Assembly: GCA_050260375.1 (NCBI GenBank)
Contig: JBLNCA010000037.1
Span: 137,844 to 201,843 of the forward strand
Source of the DNA: Burkholderiales bacterium
GTDB taxonomy: Bacteria > Bacillota > Clostridia > Christensenellales > SZUA-584
Length of the DNA: 64,000 bases
Direction of reading: 5' to 3'
The position numbers and the translations under genes were made by a program. Of the stretch, positions 35,367-44,768 are shown piece after piece. The notes beneath the pieces are model-generated. The model did no database searches, was not told the DNA's origin, and worked only from the letters and a program-made list of their open reading frames with translations. Every line of letters starts with the position of its first letter. The stretch's first letter is position 1.

Positions 35367-35507
35367 TACCGGCTTATCCAATCATCGACAATGTATATAA
35401 CAAAGCAATTGTAAAATATTATTTACATTTACATTCATGCTTGACACAGACAGGAAATTGATATACCATAATTTACAAAAGTATTACAAAAGTTGCGGAG
35501 GTGTTAC

Positions 35508-37100
35508 GTGAAAATACGCGATTATTGCCAGGCTGTTTTAGTTTTGTTTGTACTGATTGTTACTTTTGTCATATCCGCCTGTCAGCCTACGCCGGAGACG
35601 CCTCCGGTCGTACGCAGAGAGGACGATATACCCAAAGAAGCGATTCTGGAAACAGCTGCGCCGCCGACCGCAGAAGTGAAGAACGCTATAGAGCCGGCTG
35701 TTTATTCGGTTAAGGAGCATTGGAAGGAAACGGTGGAAAAGAACGATTTTCTTACCATCGAGGTGGATGCGGATATACTGATGCCCGAGGTGGAGACATA
35801 TCCGGTGGAGCGGCTCGAACGCGTCATACTCACGCAGGAGAAAGTGGATGAACTGATCGCGTATTTTACCGAGCCGGGAACGAAATTCTATACCGGCGAG
35901 CATGTAAGGCTGAAATCGGAGTATGAAGAAGAGCTTATCGAATTGAAACAGAGCCTGCAAAATGTATTGAACGGCGGCGACGGCGAAACTCCCGAGTCCA
36001 TCCGCTCGTATATCAAAGAAGTGGAGCGCAAGATGGCCGAGGCGCCCGAAAGCCATACTTACACGTATGTGGAGCCGGTGTTTACGTATTCGACCGATTA
36101 TGAGACGGGAGAGCCGCGCAAGGAGTACGGGGAAAATACTGTTGAAGTCTCGATAGAATTGCCGGACGGAAAAAGATATGGGTCTGTCTACGCATCCCGC
36201 TATGAAAAAGGTAAAAACACGAGTTCCGGTTTTTCCTACTGCGGTTTCAGCGGCGGGTGGAACATGGAAAGTTATTTTACCTGGTATGACGAAGAACTAA
36301 AGAAGGAAGCGGAGTGGTATGCGAAATTTGATGATGTCGCGTGGAAGAAGGATTGGGCAAGGCAGCGAGAGTTTGTAGACAAAGGACTTAAGCGCATGCA
36401 GGAGAACAACATGGACCTGCGCGCCGCGGCTGACAGTGCGATTCGCGTGCTGGAGGAGCTGGGCGTAAAAGGAATGCAGCTTAAAAGCTTTGAAAAGGCG
36501 ATGTTCTCCAGGGAGCGCGGCAAGGAAGGAGAAGAAGATCATACAATACCCGGCTGCTACGTGGAGTTTGTACGCGAATGCGGCGGCATTCCCTCGACTT
36601 CGCAGCGCGGCGGCAGTTTTTCGAATGACCAGGATTACTCCGAGCTATATTGCGCGCCCTTTTATCTGGAGAATGTGAGCATGATAATAAGCGAGGAAGG
36701 CGTAGAATACTTCTCATGGAATAGCATGGCGCAGGTAGTGGAGCGCGTTGCCGAAAACACCACTCTTATGCCGCTCGATAAAATGAAAGAGCGCGCCCTC
36801 GACCACATTTTCTTTATGAATGGAGCATGGCTGGACGGAAAGCGCGGCAAAATGCGCATCAATATCGAGGAAATGCGCCTGGTTACCACGTACATAAACG
36901 CCAAGGACGATACTGAGCGCGTGCTTATCGTACCCGCGTGGCTTATCAAGGCGCAGGAAGAACACTTTTTAGAAGAAAAAGATGTCTGGATCGACGGAAA
37001 TGAAGAGGAATTCATGATAAATGCGCTCGACGGCAGCGGCATACTTATGCCGGGCATATTGGAACGTATGCAGGAAAGTAAAGAAAGGATGAAACAGTAA
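35508..37100 (+). CDS. Large lipoprotein of unknown function
   Basis: GTG start 6 nt after GGAGG. Lipobox FVISAC followed by a Pro/Thr/Glu linker. I recognise no catalytic motif. Confidence 0.6.
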   Translation: MKIRDYCQAVLVLFVLIVTFVISACQPTPETPPVVRREDDIPKEAILETAAPPTAEVKNAIEPAVYSVKEHWKETVEKNDFLTIEVDADILMPEVETYPVERLERVILTQEKVDELIAYFTEPGTKFYTGEHVRLKSEYEEELIELKQSLQNVLNGGDGETPESIRSYIKEVERKMAEAPESHTYTYVEPVFTYSTDYETGEPRKEYGENTVEVSIELPDGKRYGSVYASRYEKGKNTSSGFSYCGFSGGWNMESYFTWYDEELKKEAEWYAKFDDVAWKKDWARQREFVDKGLKRMQENNMDLRAAADSAIRVLEELGVKGMQLKSFEKAMFSRERGKEGEEDHTIPGCYVEFVRECGGIPSTSQRGGSFSNDQDYSELYCAPFYLENVSMIISEEGVEYFSWNSMAQVVERVAENTTLMPLDKMKERALDHIFFMNGAWLDGKRGKMRINIEEMRLVTTYINAKDDTERVLIVPAWLIKAQEEHFLEEKDVWIDGNEEEFMINALDGSGILMPGILERMQESKERMKQ

Positions 37101-37426
37101 AGATGAACGGACGGACATGCGTTCATAGGGACTCGAGAGTTCGTAAATATATGGACCACAAAAAGACGTGAGGCGGGCGATCAATGAACGCCCTTACTGT
37201 TATGTTGGACGAGAATTATCAGATGCACAGCGATCTGGGCGAACAGGCGATACATACTATAAACGCACTCGATGGAACGATAATGCAAAGGCCGCACGGG
37301 CCCGATTGGTAAGTCATGCGGCATGTAAACCGTGGTTAACCGGCGAAACAACGCGCTTTAAAATAAATTTTGAAAAATTATGGAACAAATCGGCAGTATC
37401 GCTGCGTCTAATACTCAAGGCTTGTT

Positions 37427-37464
37427 GCGGCACCCGGCAAGACATGAGGCTCGCCGGGGTGTGC
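37427..37464. repeat. REP-like hairpin copy (+ orientation)
   Basis: GCGGCACCCGGCAAGACATGAGGCTCGCCGGGGTGTGC aligns with unit 3 of the 11846-11971 array. Confidence 0.6.
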
Positions 37465-37553
37465 TAAAGTACGCAAGCGCCGACCAAATTAAATAATTTT
37501 TACAAAATGTTGAAGTATTTGCGTATAAAATGTGTTAATATGGTAAATACACA

Positions 37554-37581
37554 CTCCAAAAAGCCTCGCGCCTTTTTGGAG
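37554..37581. repeat. REP-like hairpin copy (- orientation)
   Basis: CTCCAAAAAG-cctcgcgc-CTTTTTGGAG forms a perfect 10-bp stem. Its reverse complement, with flanks, aligns with unit 2 of the 11846 array. Confidence 0.75.
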
Positions 37582-37699
37582 ACCCGTATAAATCTGCGGC
37601 TGACGCCGTAATGAAACTGAATAATGCACTATAGCGGCTCTGATAATACAAAGCTCTTTATGGATGGTGGTGGAATCAATCAAATTTGTGAGGGCAAAA

Positions 37700-38530
37700 A
37701 TGGACCATCCACCAAAAAAACCGCGCCGTCGCGGATACCGGCTGAACAAAAAGAAGTTTGCGGGCATGCTGCTTGCGCTTGGCTTCATAATAGCCACCGC
37801 CGCGGTAGTGGTGAGGGTATATGAAGAAGCCGCGGCAGAATTTGCCGGGGCTCAAGGAAAAGCGGACATTGGCGCGATAGCTGCGAGGCCCGGCGTTCCG
37901 CGCAAGACGGACACCGCCGCCGCAAGCAAGACTGCGGCGCCCAAAGCGACGGCAAAGCACGACGGCAAACTGCGGGTAGTCGTCGACGCGGGGCACGGCG
38001 GTTTCGACCCGGGGGCGACAGGAACAAACGGCGCGCGCGAAGCGGATATCAATCTGCAAGTCGCAAAAAACTTAAAAGAAGAGCTCGAAAAGCGGGGCGC
38101 GCAGGTGGTTATGACACGCGAGGACGACGACGGGCTGGGGAACACGCAGCAGGAAAGCCTAAAGGAGCGAAAAAGGATAATACAGCAAAGCGACGCTTGT
38201 CTGGTTATCAGTATACACATGAACACGTTCGACGACAAGGACGTTTCAGGCCCGCTGGTGCTGTTCGCACCGGGTTCCGAGCAGGGCAAGGCGTTTGCCG
38301 AAATAGTGCAGCAGCGACTTAACGACGCGCTGGAGTCGGGCGGCAGGGCGCGTTCGGAGGACCTCGTCGTAGTGCAGAGTACGGATAAGCCTTCGATACT
38401 CGTCGAATGCGGATATATCACCAATCCGAAAGAGGAGAAAAACTTAAAGAAGCCGGAATACCAGTATAAAATCGTCAAGGCGATATGCGACGGAATTGAC
38501 GATTTTCTGGGAGACGGTTCCGACAGTTGA
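37700..38530 (+). CDS. N-acetylmuramoyl-L-alanine amidase (Amidase_3, CwlD-like)
   Basis: VVDAGHGGFDPGA, ISIHMN and LVECGYITNPKEE motifs, with an N-terminal TM and an Ala-rich linker. Confidence 0.85.
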   Translation: MDHPPKKPRRRGYRLNKKKFAGMLLALGFIIATAAVVVRVYEEAAAEFAGAQGKADIGAIAARPGVPRKTDTAAASKTAAPKATAKHDGKLRVVVDAGHGGFDPGATGTNGAREADINLQVAKNLKEELEKRGAQVVMTREDDDGLGNTQQESLKERKRIIQQSDACLVISIHMNTFDDKDVSGPLVLFAPGSEQGKAFAEIVQQRLNDALESGGRARSEDLVVVQSTDKPSILVECGYITNPKEEKNLKKPEYQYKIVKAICDGIDDFLGDGSDS

Positions 38531-38555
38531 ATAATACTGCAGGTACTAAAGCGAT

Positions 38556-39338
38556 ATGAGAGACAGAAACGTTAAAATTCGTACGGCGTCATCCGACATA
38601 AGACGCGCGTTTACAGGACGCGGCTTTATTATAGGCCTTTTCGGTATGGTAGTAGCCGTCGTACTCTCGTCGCTCGAAGAAATCATAAACGTAGCGCGGA
38701 GCACGGAGCCTCTGATGAACGGATATCACTTCGAATTTATCAAGAAGGCTCTATCTTCCTCGTGGGTGACGCTTGCCATTCCCATACTGTGCGCGCTGCC
38801 GTTTACGTCGGCGTTCGTGGACGACGTAAAGAGCGGCTTTATCAAGCAGTATCTGCACCGTTCGGGTTACAAGCCGTATATAAGGTCAAAGCTTCTGGCA
38901 TGCGGGCTTTCGGGCGGCGCGGTGCTGTTTTTCGGCATACTTATTTCATATGCGCTCGCGTATCTCGTATTTACGCCTATGGAGCTGGCGCTTGAAAAAG
39001 GGCAGACGCCGCAGCCGTATCTGGCGCAGATACTGATGATAGCGGCGACGCTGTTTTTATCTGGCGCGTTCTGGTCGCTGGTGGGATTTACTATGTCCGC
39101 TCTGACAATGAACCGCTATATGGCGTACGCGTCGCCGTTCATACTCTATTACGTGCTCATAATACTGCATGAGAGGTACTTTGATAAGCTGTACGTGCTT
39201 TATCCGAAAGAGTGGCTGTTCCCCTCGGAAGGGTGGGTTTTGGGGAGCTTCGGCGTAATGCTGCTGCTCGCGGAACTGACGGCGGCAGTCTGCCTTGCGT
39301 TCGCGCTGACTGCGAGAAGGAGGCTTGCGAATGTATAG
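38556..39338 (+). CDS. ABC-2/LanE/G-like permease, 6 TM
   Basis: Polytopic membrane protein of 260 aa, coupled to the next permease and the ATPase. Confidence 0.55.
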   Translation: MRDRNVKIRTASSDIRRAFTGRGFIIGLFGMVVAVVLSSLEEIINVARSTEPLMNGYHFEFIKKALSSSWVTLAIPILCALPFTSAFVDDVKSGFIKQYLHRSGYKPYIRSKLLACGLSGGAVLFFGILISYALAYLVFTPMELALEKGQTPQPYLAQILMIAATLFLSGAFWSLVGFTMSALTMNRYMAYASPFILYYVLIILHERYFDKLYVLYPKEWLFPSEGWVLGSFGVMLLLAELTAAVCLAFALTARRRLANV

Positions 39339-40230
39339 GGCGAGGCAGGTTTGTTCCGTAACCGCATATAACTTCAGGCAATGGCGCGCAAACCCGCGCG
39401 TGATTATAACGTTCGCTCTGGCTTTTATACTGTGTTTTCTGCTCTCCGACAAAGCGGTGCGCTTTGCGAAGGAATACGAAACGACTATGCAGATAGTCGA
39501 GGCGTTCGTATGGACTTTCGGGGACAGCAATTCCATATTGCTGTCGTCGCTGCTGCTCGTGCTGCTGTTCGCGGACATGCCGTTCCTCTCCGCGGGTACG
39601 CCGTACTACCTTCTGCGCATTAACCGCAAGACGTGGCTCGCGGGGCAGGCGCTCTATATCACGCTCGCCACCGGCATATATATGGTGTTCATACTGGCTT
39701 CCACGTCGCTTATTTGCATGAGCAATTCGTTCATAGGCAACATGTGGAGCGAAACGGCCGCTATACTCGGCTATTCGGGTGCGGGCAAGGCAGTGGCGCT
39801 GCCCGCGCTCGTAAAGACGCTCGAGATGAGCACGCCTTACGAGTGCATGGCTACGATATTCCTGCTCATGCTGCTGTATACGCTGCTGATGTCGTTTATC
39901 ATGCTGTCGTTCAACATACGCAAGGGGCAGCTGGCGGGCGTAATCAGCGTGTTCGCATTCAGCCTGTACGGGTTTTTGCTAAATCCCAATCTATTCAAGA
40001 CGATGTTCCAGCTTCCCGAAGAACTTATTTATAAGGCAAACGTAGCCGTGGGGTGGCTGTCGCCGTTGAACCATGCGACGTATCACATGCATAATTTCGG
40101 TTACGACCTGCTGCCGCGGCTCTGGCAGACGTATGTCATATTCGGCGTGCTGATAACGCTGTGTTTCTTTTTCGCATTGCGGGCGGTGCGCAGGTACAAT
40201 TTTAATTTCAGTGGAACGGAGAATGTGTAA
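39331..40230 (+). CDS. ABC-2/LanE/G-like permease, second subunit
   Basis: Polytopic membrane protein. ATG 39331 lies 7 nt after GAAGGAGG. TAATG overlap with the ATPase gene. Confidence 0.55.
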   Translation: MYRARQVCSVTAYNFRQWRANPRVIITFALAFILCFLLSDKAVRFAKEYETTMQIVEAFVWTFGDSNSILLSSLLLVLLFADMPFLSAGTPYYLLRINRKTWLAGQALYITLATGIYMVFILASTSLICMSNSFIGNMWSETAAILGYSGAGKAVALPALVKTLEMSTPYECMATIFLLMLLYTLLMSFIMLSFNIRKGQLAGVISVFAFSLYGFLLNPNLFKTMFQLPEELIYKANVAVGWLSPLNHATYHMHNFGYDLLPRLWQTYVIFGVLITLCFFFALRAVRRYNFNFSGTENV

Positions 40231-40871
40231 TGGACATAGCCATCAGCGTTCAGAACGTGACAAAGCGGTTTGGGGAGGAAACGGTACTTAAAAACGTCAT
40301 CCACGATTTCGAGGAAGGCAAGATACACGGCATTGTAGGCAACAACGGCAGCGGCAAGACTGTGCTGATGAAGTGCATCTGCGGTTTTCTTATTCCCACA
40401 AGCGGCAAAATATTCGTCAATTACAAGCAGGTGGGCAAAGACTGCGACTTCCCCGAAGACATCGGCATAATAATCGAAACGCCGGGTTTTCTGCCGGGAC
40501 TGTCGGGCATGAAAAACCTTCAGATACTTGCTTCGCTTTGCAGGAAGATAAACGACGATACAATACGCGCTGCAATAAAGCGCGTGGGGCTTGACCCGTC
40601 GATGAAAAAGCCGGTGGGCAAGTATTCGCTCGGCATGCGCCAGCGGCTCGGCATTGCGCAGGCAATAATGGAAAACCCGTCGATACTGGTGCTTGACGAA
40701 CCGCTGAACGGCCTTGATAAAAGCGGCGTCGCGGAGATGCGCAGCCTAATAAAATCGCTGCGCGACCAGGGAAAGACTATGCTGCTCGCGAGTCACAACC
40801 AAGCGGACATCGACGAGCTTTGCGACACCGTCTGCGAAATGGACGGCGGCGTACTTACGGTTGTCAAATAG
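40230..40871 (+). CDS. ABC ATPase, E-loop (LanF/BcrA-like) subtype
   Basis: Walker A GNNGSGKT. IGIIIETPGF has Glu in place of the Q-loop Gln. Signature YSLGMRQR, Walker B ILVLDEP and H-loop ASHN are present. Confidence 0.85.
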   Translation: MDIAISVQNVTKRFGEETVLKNVIHDFEEGKIHGIVGNNGSGKTVLMKCICGFLIPTSGKIFVNYKQVGKDCDFPEDIGIIIETPGFLPGLSGMKNLQILASLCRKINDDTIRAAIKRVGLDPSMKKPVGKYSLGMRQRLGIAQAIMENPSILVLDEPLNGLDKSGVAEMRSLIKSLRDQGKTMLLASHNQADIDELCDTVCEMDGGVLTVVK

Positions 40872-40888
40872 CAAGGGGAGGAGAACTC

Positions 40889-42640
40889 GTGGATATAGGC
40901 TTTAGAGAGGATAATAAACAGAGAGGCAACAAGAAATATAAGATAATGCTCATAGCGTCGGCGTGCGTGCTTGTTGCGGCTGCGGCGGTCGCTGCAATAT
41001 TGCTGCTGGGCGGCCAAGGCGACGCCGTGCGCATTTTAGACTTCGGCACGATTGTAAAGGGAGTTTCGATAAACGGCATAGACGTATCGGGCAAGACAAA
41101 GGACGAGGTGCTTTCCGCCACGGCGGATTTGGAAGCGGGCATGCTTGCTAAAGTCAAGTTCTCGCTGGACGTTAACGGCGAAGTGCACAACTTCAGCGCG
41201 GAAGACTTCAGCGTAGGCACAGATTATATGGATATCGTTTCGCAGTCGGCGAGCTACGGGCACCGCGGCACGTTTGAACAGCGGCTTGAAGCATTTAAAA
41301 AGGCGGCGGCGGAAGGCGTGAATTTTACGGTAAGCCTTACCGTCGACAGGGACAAGCTTTCGAAAAACCTCGCGGAGCTTAAAACGGCGCTCGATAAAGA
41401 ACCAAAGGACGCCGGATTCGAGTTTATGCCGTGGGGTTATACGGTGGATGAAAGCGGCGCTGCAACAGCTTATCAGCCCGATATAAACGCTATGGTCGAA
41501 GAGCTTGCGCACGGCAGGGAATACAAGCGCCCCGAGCTTGTGCGCATACCCGACGAGGAAATGCCTATACCTCTGCGGTACAAGTTTTATAACGACGACG
41601 AGGGATACAAGAAGGATTATATACCGCCCGACGCGAACATAGCCCGGTTTTTCTATAAGCCGCACCAGACGGGGCTTAAAGCGGACACCGCGGCGATAGC
41701 AGACGATATAATCTCGCAGGTTAAGAGCGGGCAGTTTTCCACGATAACCGTGCCTGTTGAAGTCACCGAGCCGGGGCTCAAACTGGACGATATAAAGGCC
41801 AACACGCAGCTTATTGCGTCGTGGTCGTCGAGCTTTGGCGGCCATTACAGTTACGGAAGGAACTGGAACGTGGCAAGAATATCGGCGTTTATCAACGGGA
41901 ACGTGATACAGCCGGGGCAGAAGCTTTCCATAAACGAAGTTGCCGGGCCGAGGAACGATTCCACCGCAAGGACGGTCGGCTGGAAGAAAGCGTCGGGCAT
42001 AGAGAACGGAGGGTATTCTCCGCAGGTGGGAGGCGGCGTCTGCCAGCTTGGTAGCACGACGTTCAACGCCGCTATACGCTCGGGGCTCAAGATAGCCAAA
42101 TCGTACCATCACTCGATACCGTCCGACTATGTACCGCTCGGGCTGGACGCTACGCTCAATACAAAGCCAGACCTCGATTTGGTGCTGGAGAACACGGGAA
42201 CACTGCCATATTTTTTAGTCTCGTATGTTAACCCGAAAGACAAAAACGTTACGGTGGAGGTTTACGGCCCGCCGCTTATAGACCCCGACCATCCCGAGTG
42301 GGGCAATGTGATATACGACTATTCATTCAAAAACCTGGGGCGCTACGGCACTCCCGGCAGTAAAACATACACCGTCGAAGTGCCTACCGAAGCGCCCGAC
42401 GGCACTATAGTAGACGCGTCCAACCCTACTTACGTGTACGCGAAAGGCAGAAGGGGAACGAAGGTGCGCACATACAGGCATATATATTCGCTTGACGGCA
42501 AGGAGCTCTGCGATCCGATTGAGTTTGAATACCATGAATATCCTACGATAGACAGCGTTACGTATGTATACTCGCCGCCCGCGCCGCCAACGCCGCCCGC
42601 AGACCCGGGAACTCCTCCCGCAGAGCCGCCGGCGTCGTGA
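40889..42640 (+). CDS. VanW-domain protein with N-terminal TM and Pro-rich tail
   Basis: GVCQLGSTTFNAAIRSGLKIAKSYHHS and YVPLGLDATL VanW core motifs. GTG 40889 follows AAGGGGAGGAG. Confidence 0.8.
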   Translation: MDIGFREDNKQRGNKKYKIMLIASACVLVAAAAVAAILLLGGQGDAVRILDFGTIVKGVSINGIDVSGKTKDEVLSATADLEAGMLAKVKFSLDVNGEVHNFSAEDFSVGTDYMDIVSQSASYGHRGTFEQRLEAFKKAAAEGVNFTVSLTVDRDKLSKNLAELKTALDKEPKDAGFEFMPWGYTVDESGAATAYQPDINAMVEELAHGREYKRPELVRIPDEEMPIPLRYKFYNDDEGYKKDYIPPDANIARFFYKPHQTGLKADTAAIADDIISQVKSGQFSTITVPVEVTEPGLKLDDIKANTQLIASWSSSFGGHYSYGRNWNVARISAFINGNVIQPGQKLSINEVAGPRNDSTARTVGWKKASGIENGGYSPQVGGGVCQLGSTTFNAAIRSGLKIAKSYHHSIPSDYVPLGLDATLNTKPDLDLVLENTGTLPYFLVSYVNPKDKNVTVEVYGPPLIDPDHPEWGNVIYDYSFKNLGRYGTPGSKTYTVEVPTEAPDGTIVDASNPTYVYAKGRRGTKVRTYRHIYSLDGKELCDPIEFEYHEYPTIDSVTYVYSPPAPPTPPADPGTPPAEPPAS

Positions 42641-42687
42641 CTTAAGGCAATGCCTGTAATGATGTTAAAAGAGGCTACGGTCAACGA

Positions 42688-43359
42688 ATGAGTGAAGTAA
42701 TAAGTCTGAAAAACGTCGTCAAGATGTATCCCGGCGCAAAGCGCGCCGTAAACGACATCACGCTTAACATAAGCGAGAACCAGCGCGTTATAATACGCGG
42801 GCCGACGGGCAGCGGCAAACGGACGCTGATGAAACTTATCGCCGGCATGCAGCCCCCGAGCTCCGGCAGCGTTACTGTGATGGGCAAAGCGCTGCATGAA
42901 ATGGACGAAGATGCGGCCGCGCGCTTCCGTAATAAGTATATAGGCGTCGTGCCGCAAACGCCCTCGCTGTTCCATGGGCTCACGGTGCTCGAAAACGTGG
43001 AGTTGCCGCTTGCCGCAAGGGGAATCCCGGCTGCGCAGCGCAGGAAAGCGGCGCTCCAGCAGCTCAAAACTATGGGCATTACGCACATATCATATGCTTA
43101 CCCTTCACAGCTGACCGCGCTTGAGGCGCAGATAGCGTCCGTTGCCAAGGCGCTTATAGCGCGGCCGAAAATACTGCTGCTGCATGATATACTCGCACCG
43201 CTGTCCGAAAGGGAAACCGAACAGTTCGCGGGCACGATGCACGCCGTCTGGGAATTCGGGTGCTGTACGGCGCTCTACTTCACCTGCGCGGCTCCGGCCC
43301 TGGACGCGGAGAGGCTGATAACGTTAAGCCACGGAAAAATTCAGGAGGACATTCGATGA
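42688..43359 (+). CDS. ABC-type NBD (LolD/MacB-like) with degenerate catalytic motifs
   Basis: Aligns end to end with LolD-type NBDs. However, Walker A is GSGKRT, the signature is LTALE, Walker B is LLLHDI, and the H-loop His is replaced by Cys. Confidence 0.8.
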   Translation: MSEVISLKNVVKMYPGAKRAVNDITLNISENQRVIIRGPTGSGKRTLMKLIAGMQPPSSGSVTVMGKALHEMDEDAAARFRNKYIGVVPQTPSLFHGLTVLENVELPLAARGIPAAQRRKAALQQLKTMGITHISYAYPSQLTALEAQIASVAKALIARPKILLLHDILAPLSERETEQFAGTMHAVWEFGCCTALYFTCAAPALDAERLITLSHGKIQEDIR

Positions 43360-44768
43360 GAAAACTAAGTATTATTCTTGCTATAATGATACTTTGCATT
43401 ACGCCGGCCTCGGCGCTTGCCGAAGGCGAAGGCGGCGGAGGCGGCGGGGGAAGCGGGGGAGATGCGGTTCTTTCGATAGACAACGTCAACGTTTACGACG
43501 GTATGGACAGGGCGTATAAAGACGGATATATGCCGACGGTAAGCGGCGGCATAGCTACTATTATTATTCCGCTTGTAGTCAACCCGGGGAGTGTGGTGGA
43601 CGGAAATACCATCACGGTTACTCCTGCGCTCGGCGAAACGTCGGCGTCGCCTTTTGTGTACAAGAACTATCAGAAGGCTGTCGGCCTCGCAAACAACGCC
43701 GTAAACGGAGGTACATCCACCATTCCGTCGTTTCTTGTGCGGTTCGATCTCGAGCTTGCCGCGGGGCGCATAAACGGCGTTTACCCGGTGAGCATAGACG
43801 TCGCGGCAACCTCAGGGGGGAACCCGGTGCAGCAGACGTTCACCGCGTATGTAACGATTACCGACGGCAAGGACCCGAACGCTCCGGAAGCAACGCCCAA
43901 ACCGCAGTCGCAGCCCAAAGTGATAGTAAGCGGCTACAGCATAAACCCCTCGCCCGTAAACGCGGGCGAAGGTTTTACGGCAACTGTGACGCTTAAGAAC
44001 ACGAGCACAAAGAAGTCCGTACAGAACATGACGGTTACGGTTTCCTGCGACTGCCCGAATTTTGCGCTGCAAAACGACACAAGCACGATATTTATAGGCA
44101 ACCTGGCAAAGGGCAAGACCACGGATGTAGTGCTCGAATACAAAGTAGACCTTGAAACGCCCGCCCAGAGGTATAACATAATGCTCGCGATAGATTACGA
44201 GGATTCAAACGCGTCGCCGCTTTCTTCGTCGGGAACAATTCAGGTTGCGGTAATCCAGCCTCTTAATGTAAAGATGGAACCGCCTAAGATTCCCGACAGC
44301 GTCAACGCTGGCGATACGATGCCTTTAAAGTTCCAGGTGATGAACATGGGGCGCGGAAAGGTCTACAACGTGCGGTGCGAGCTCGCGGCGCCCGGTCTTA
44401 TACCTTCCGAGGTGGCTTTTATAGGAAACATGGAGCCGGGCACGGACGGCGAGGGCGAGATGGACGTGTTTGTAGGCATGAAAAGCATGACGGAAGGGTA
44501 CGAAGGCGACGATAAATACGGGCCCACAAGCGGCAAAATAACCCTTAAATACGAGGACGGCAACGGGCAGGAGTACACAGAGGAAGTCGATATATTCACA
44601 ATGATAAACCCGCCTGAAATAAACCCCGTTTCCGCCGATGCCGAAGAGGAGCCCGATAAGGCGAGCCAGTGGTGGATATCGCTTATAGCCGGCGGCGCGG
44701 TAATCGCCGTGCTTGTAATACTGCTTGTTGCGCGCAGGAAAAAGGTGAGGCCGCATGAGGATTTTTGA
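43356..44768 (+). CDS. Secreted, C-terminally anchored protein with CARDB/COG1361-like repeats
   Basis: Signal peptide (ITPASALA), a Gly run, and beta-sandwich-type repeats (VIVSGYSINPSPVNAGEGFTATVTLKNTS; PDSVNAGDTMPLKFQVMNMG). C-terminal TM followed by RRKK. Confidence 0.65.
   Translation: MRKLSIILAIMILCITPASALAEGEGGGGGGGSGGDAVLSIDNVNVYDGMDRAYKDGYMPTVSGGIATIIIPLVVNPGSVVDGNTITVTPALGETSASPFVYKNYQKAVGLANNAVNGGTSTIPSFLVRFDLELAAGRINGVYPVSIDVAATSGGNPVQQTFTAYVTITDGKDPNAPEATPKPQSQPKVIVSGYSINPSPVNAGEGFTATVTLKNTSTKKSVQNMTVTVSCDCPNFALQNDTSTIFIGNLAKGKTTDVVLEYKVDLETPAQRYNIMLAIDYEDSNASPLSSSGTIQVAVIQPLNVKMEPPKIPDSVNAGDTMPLKFQVMNMGRGKVYNVRCELAAPGLIPSEVAFIGNMEPGTDGEGEMDVFVGMKSMTEGYEGDDKYGPTSGKITLKYEDGNGQEYTEEVDIFTMINPPEINPVSADAEEEPDKASQWWISLIAGGAVIAVLVILLVARRKKVRPHEDF

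Noticed and set aside
37168-37467. A 99-aa ORF in the 600-bp spacer upstream of the amidase gene.
   Set aside because: It starts inside a truncated repeat copy and ends in another. It is Arg/Cys/Trp-rich, has no RBS and has no recognisable fold.
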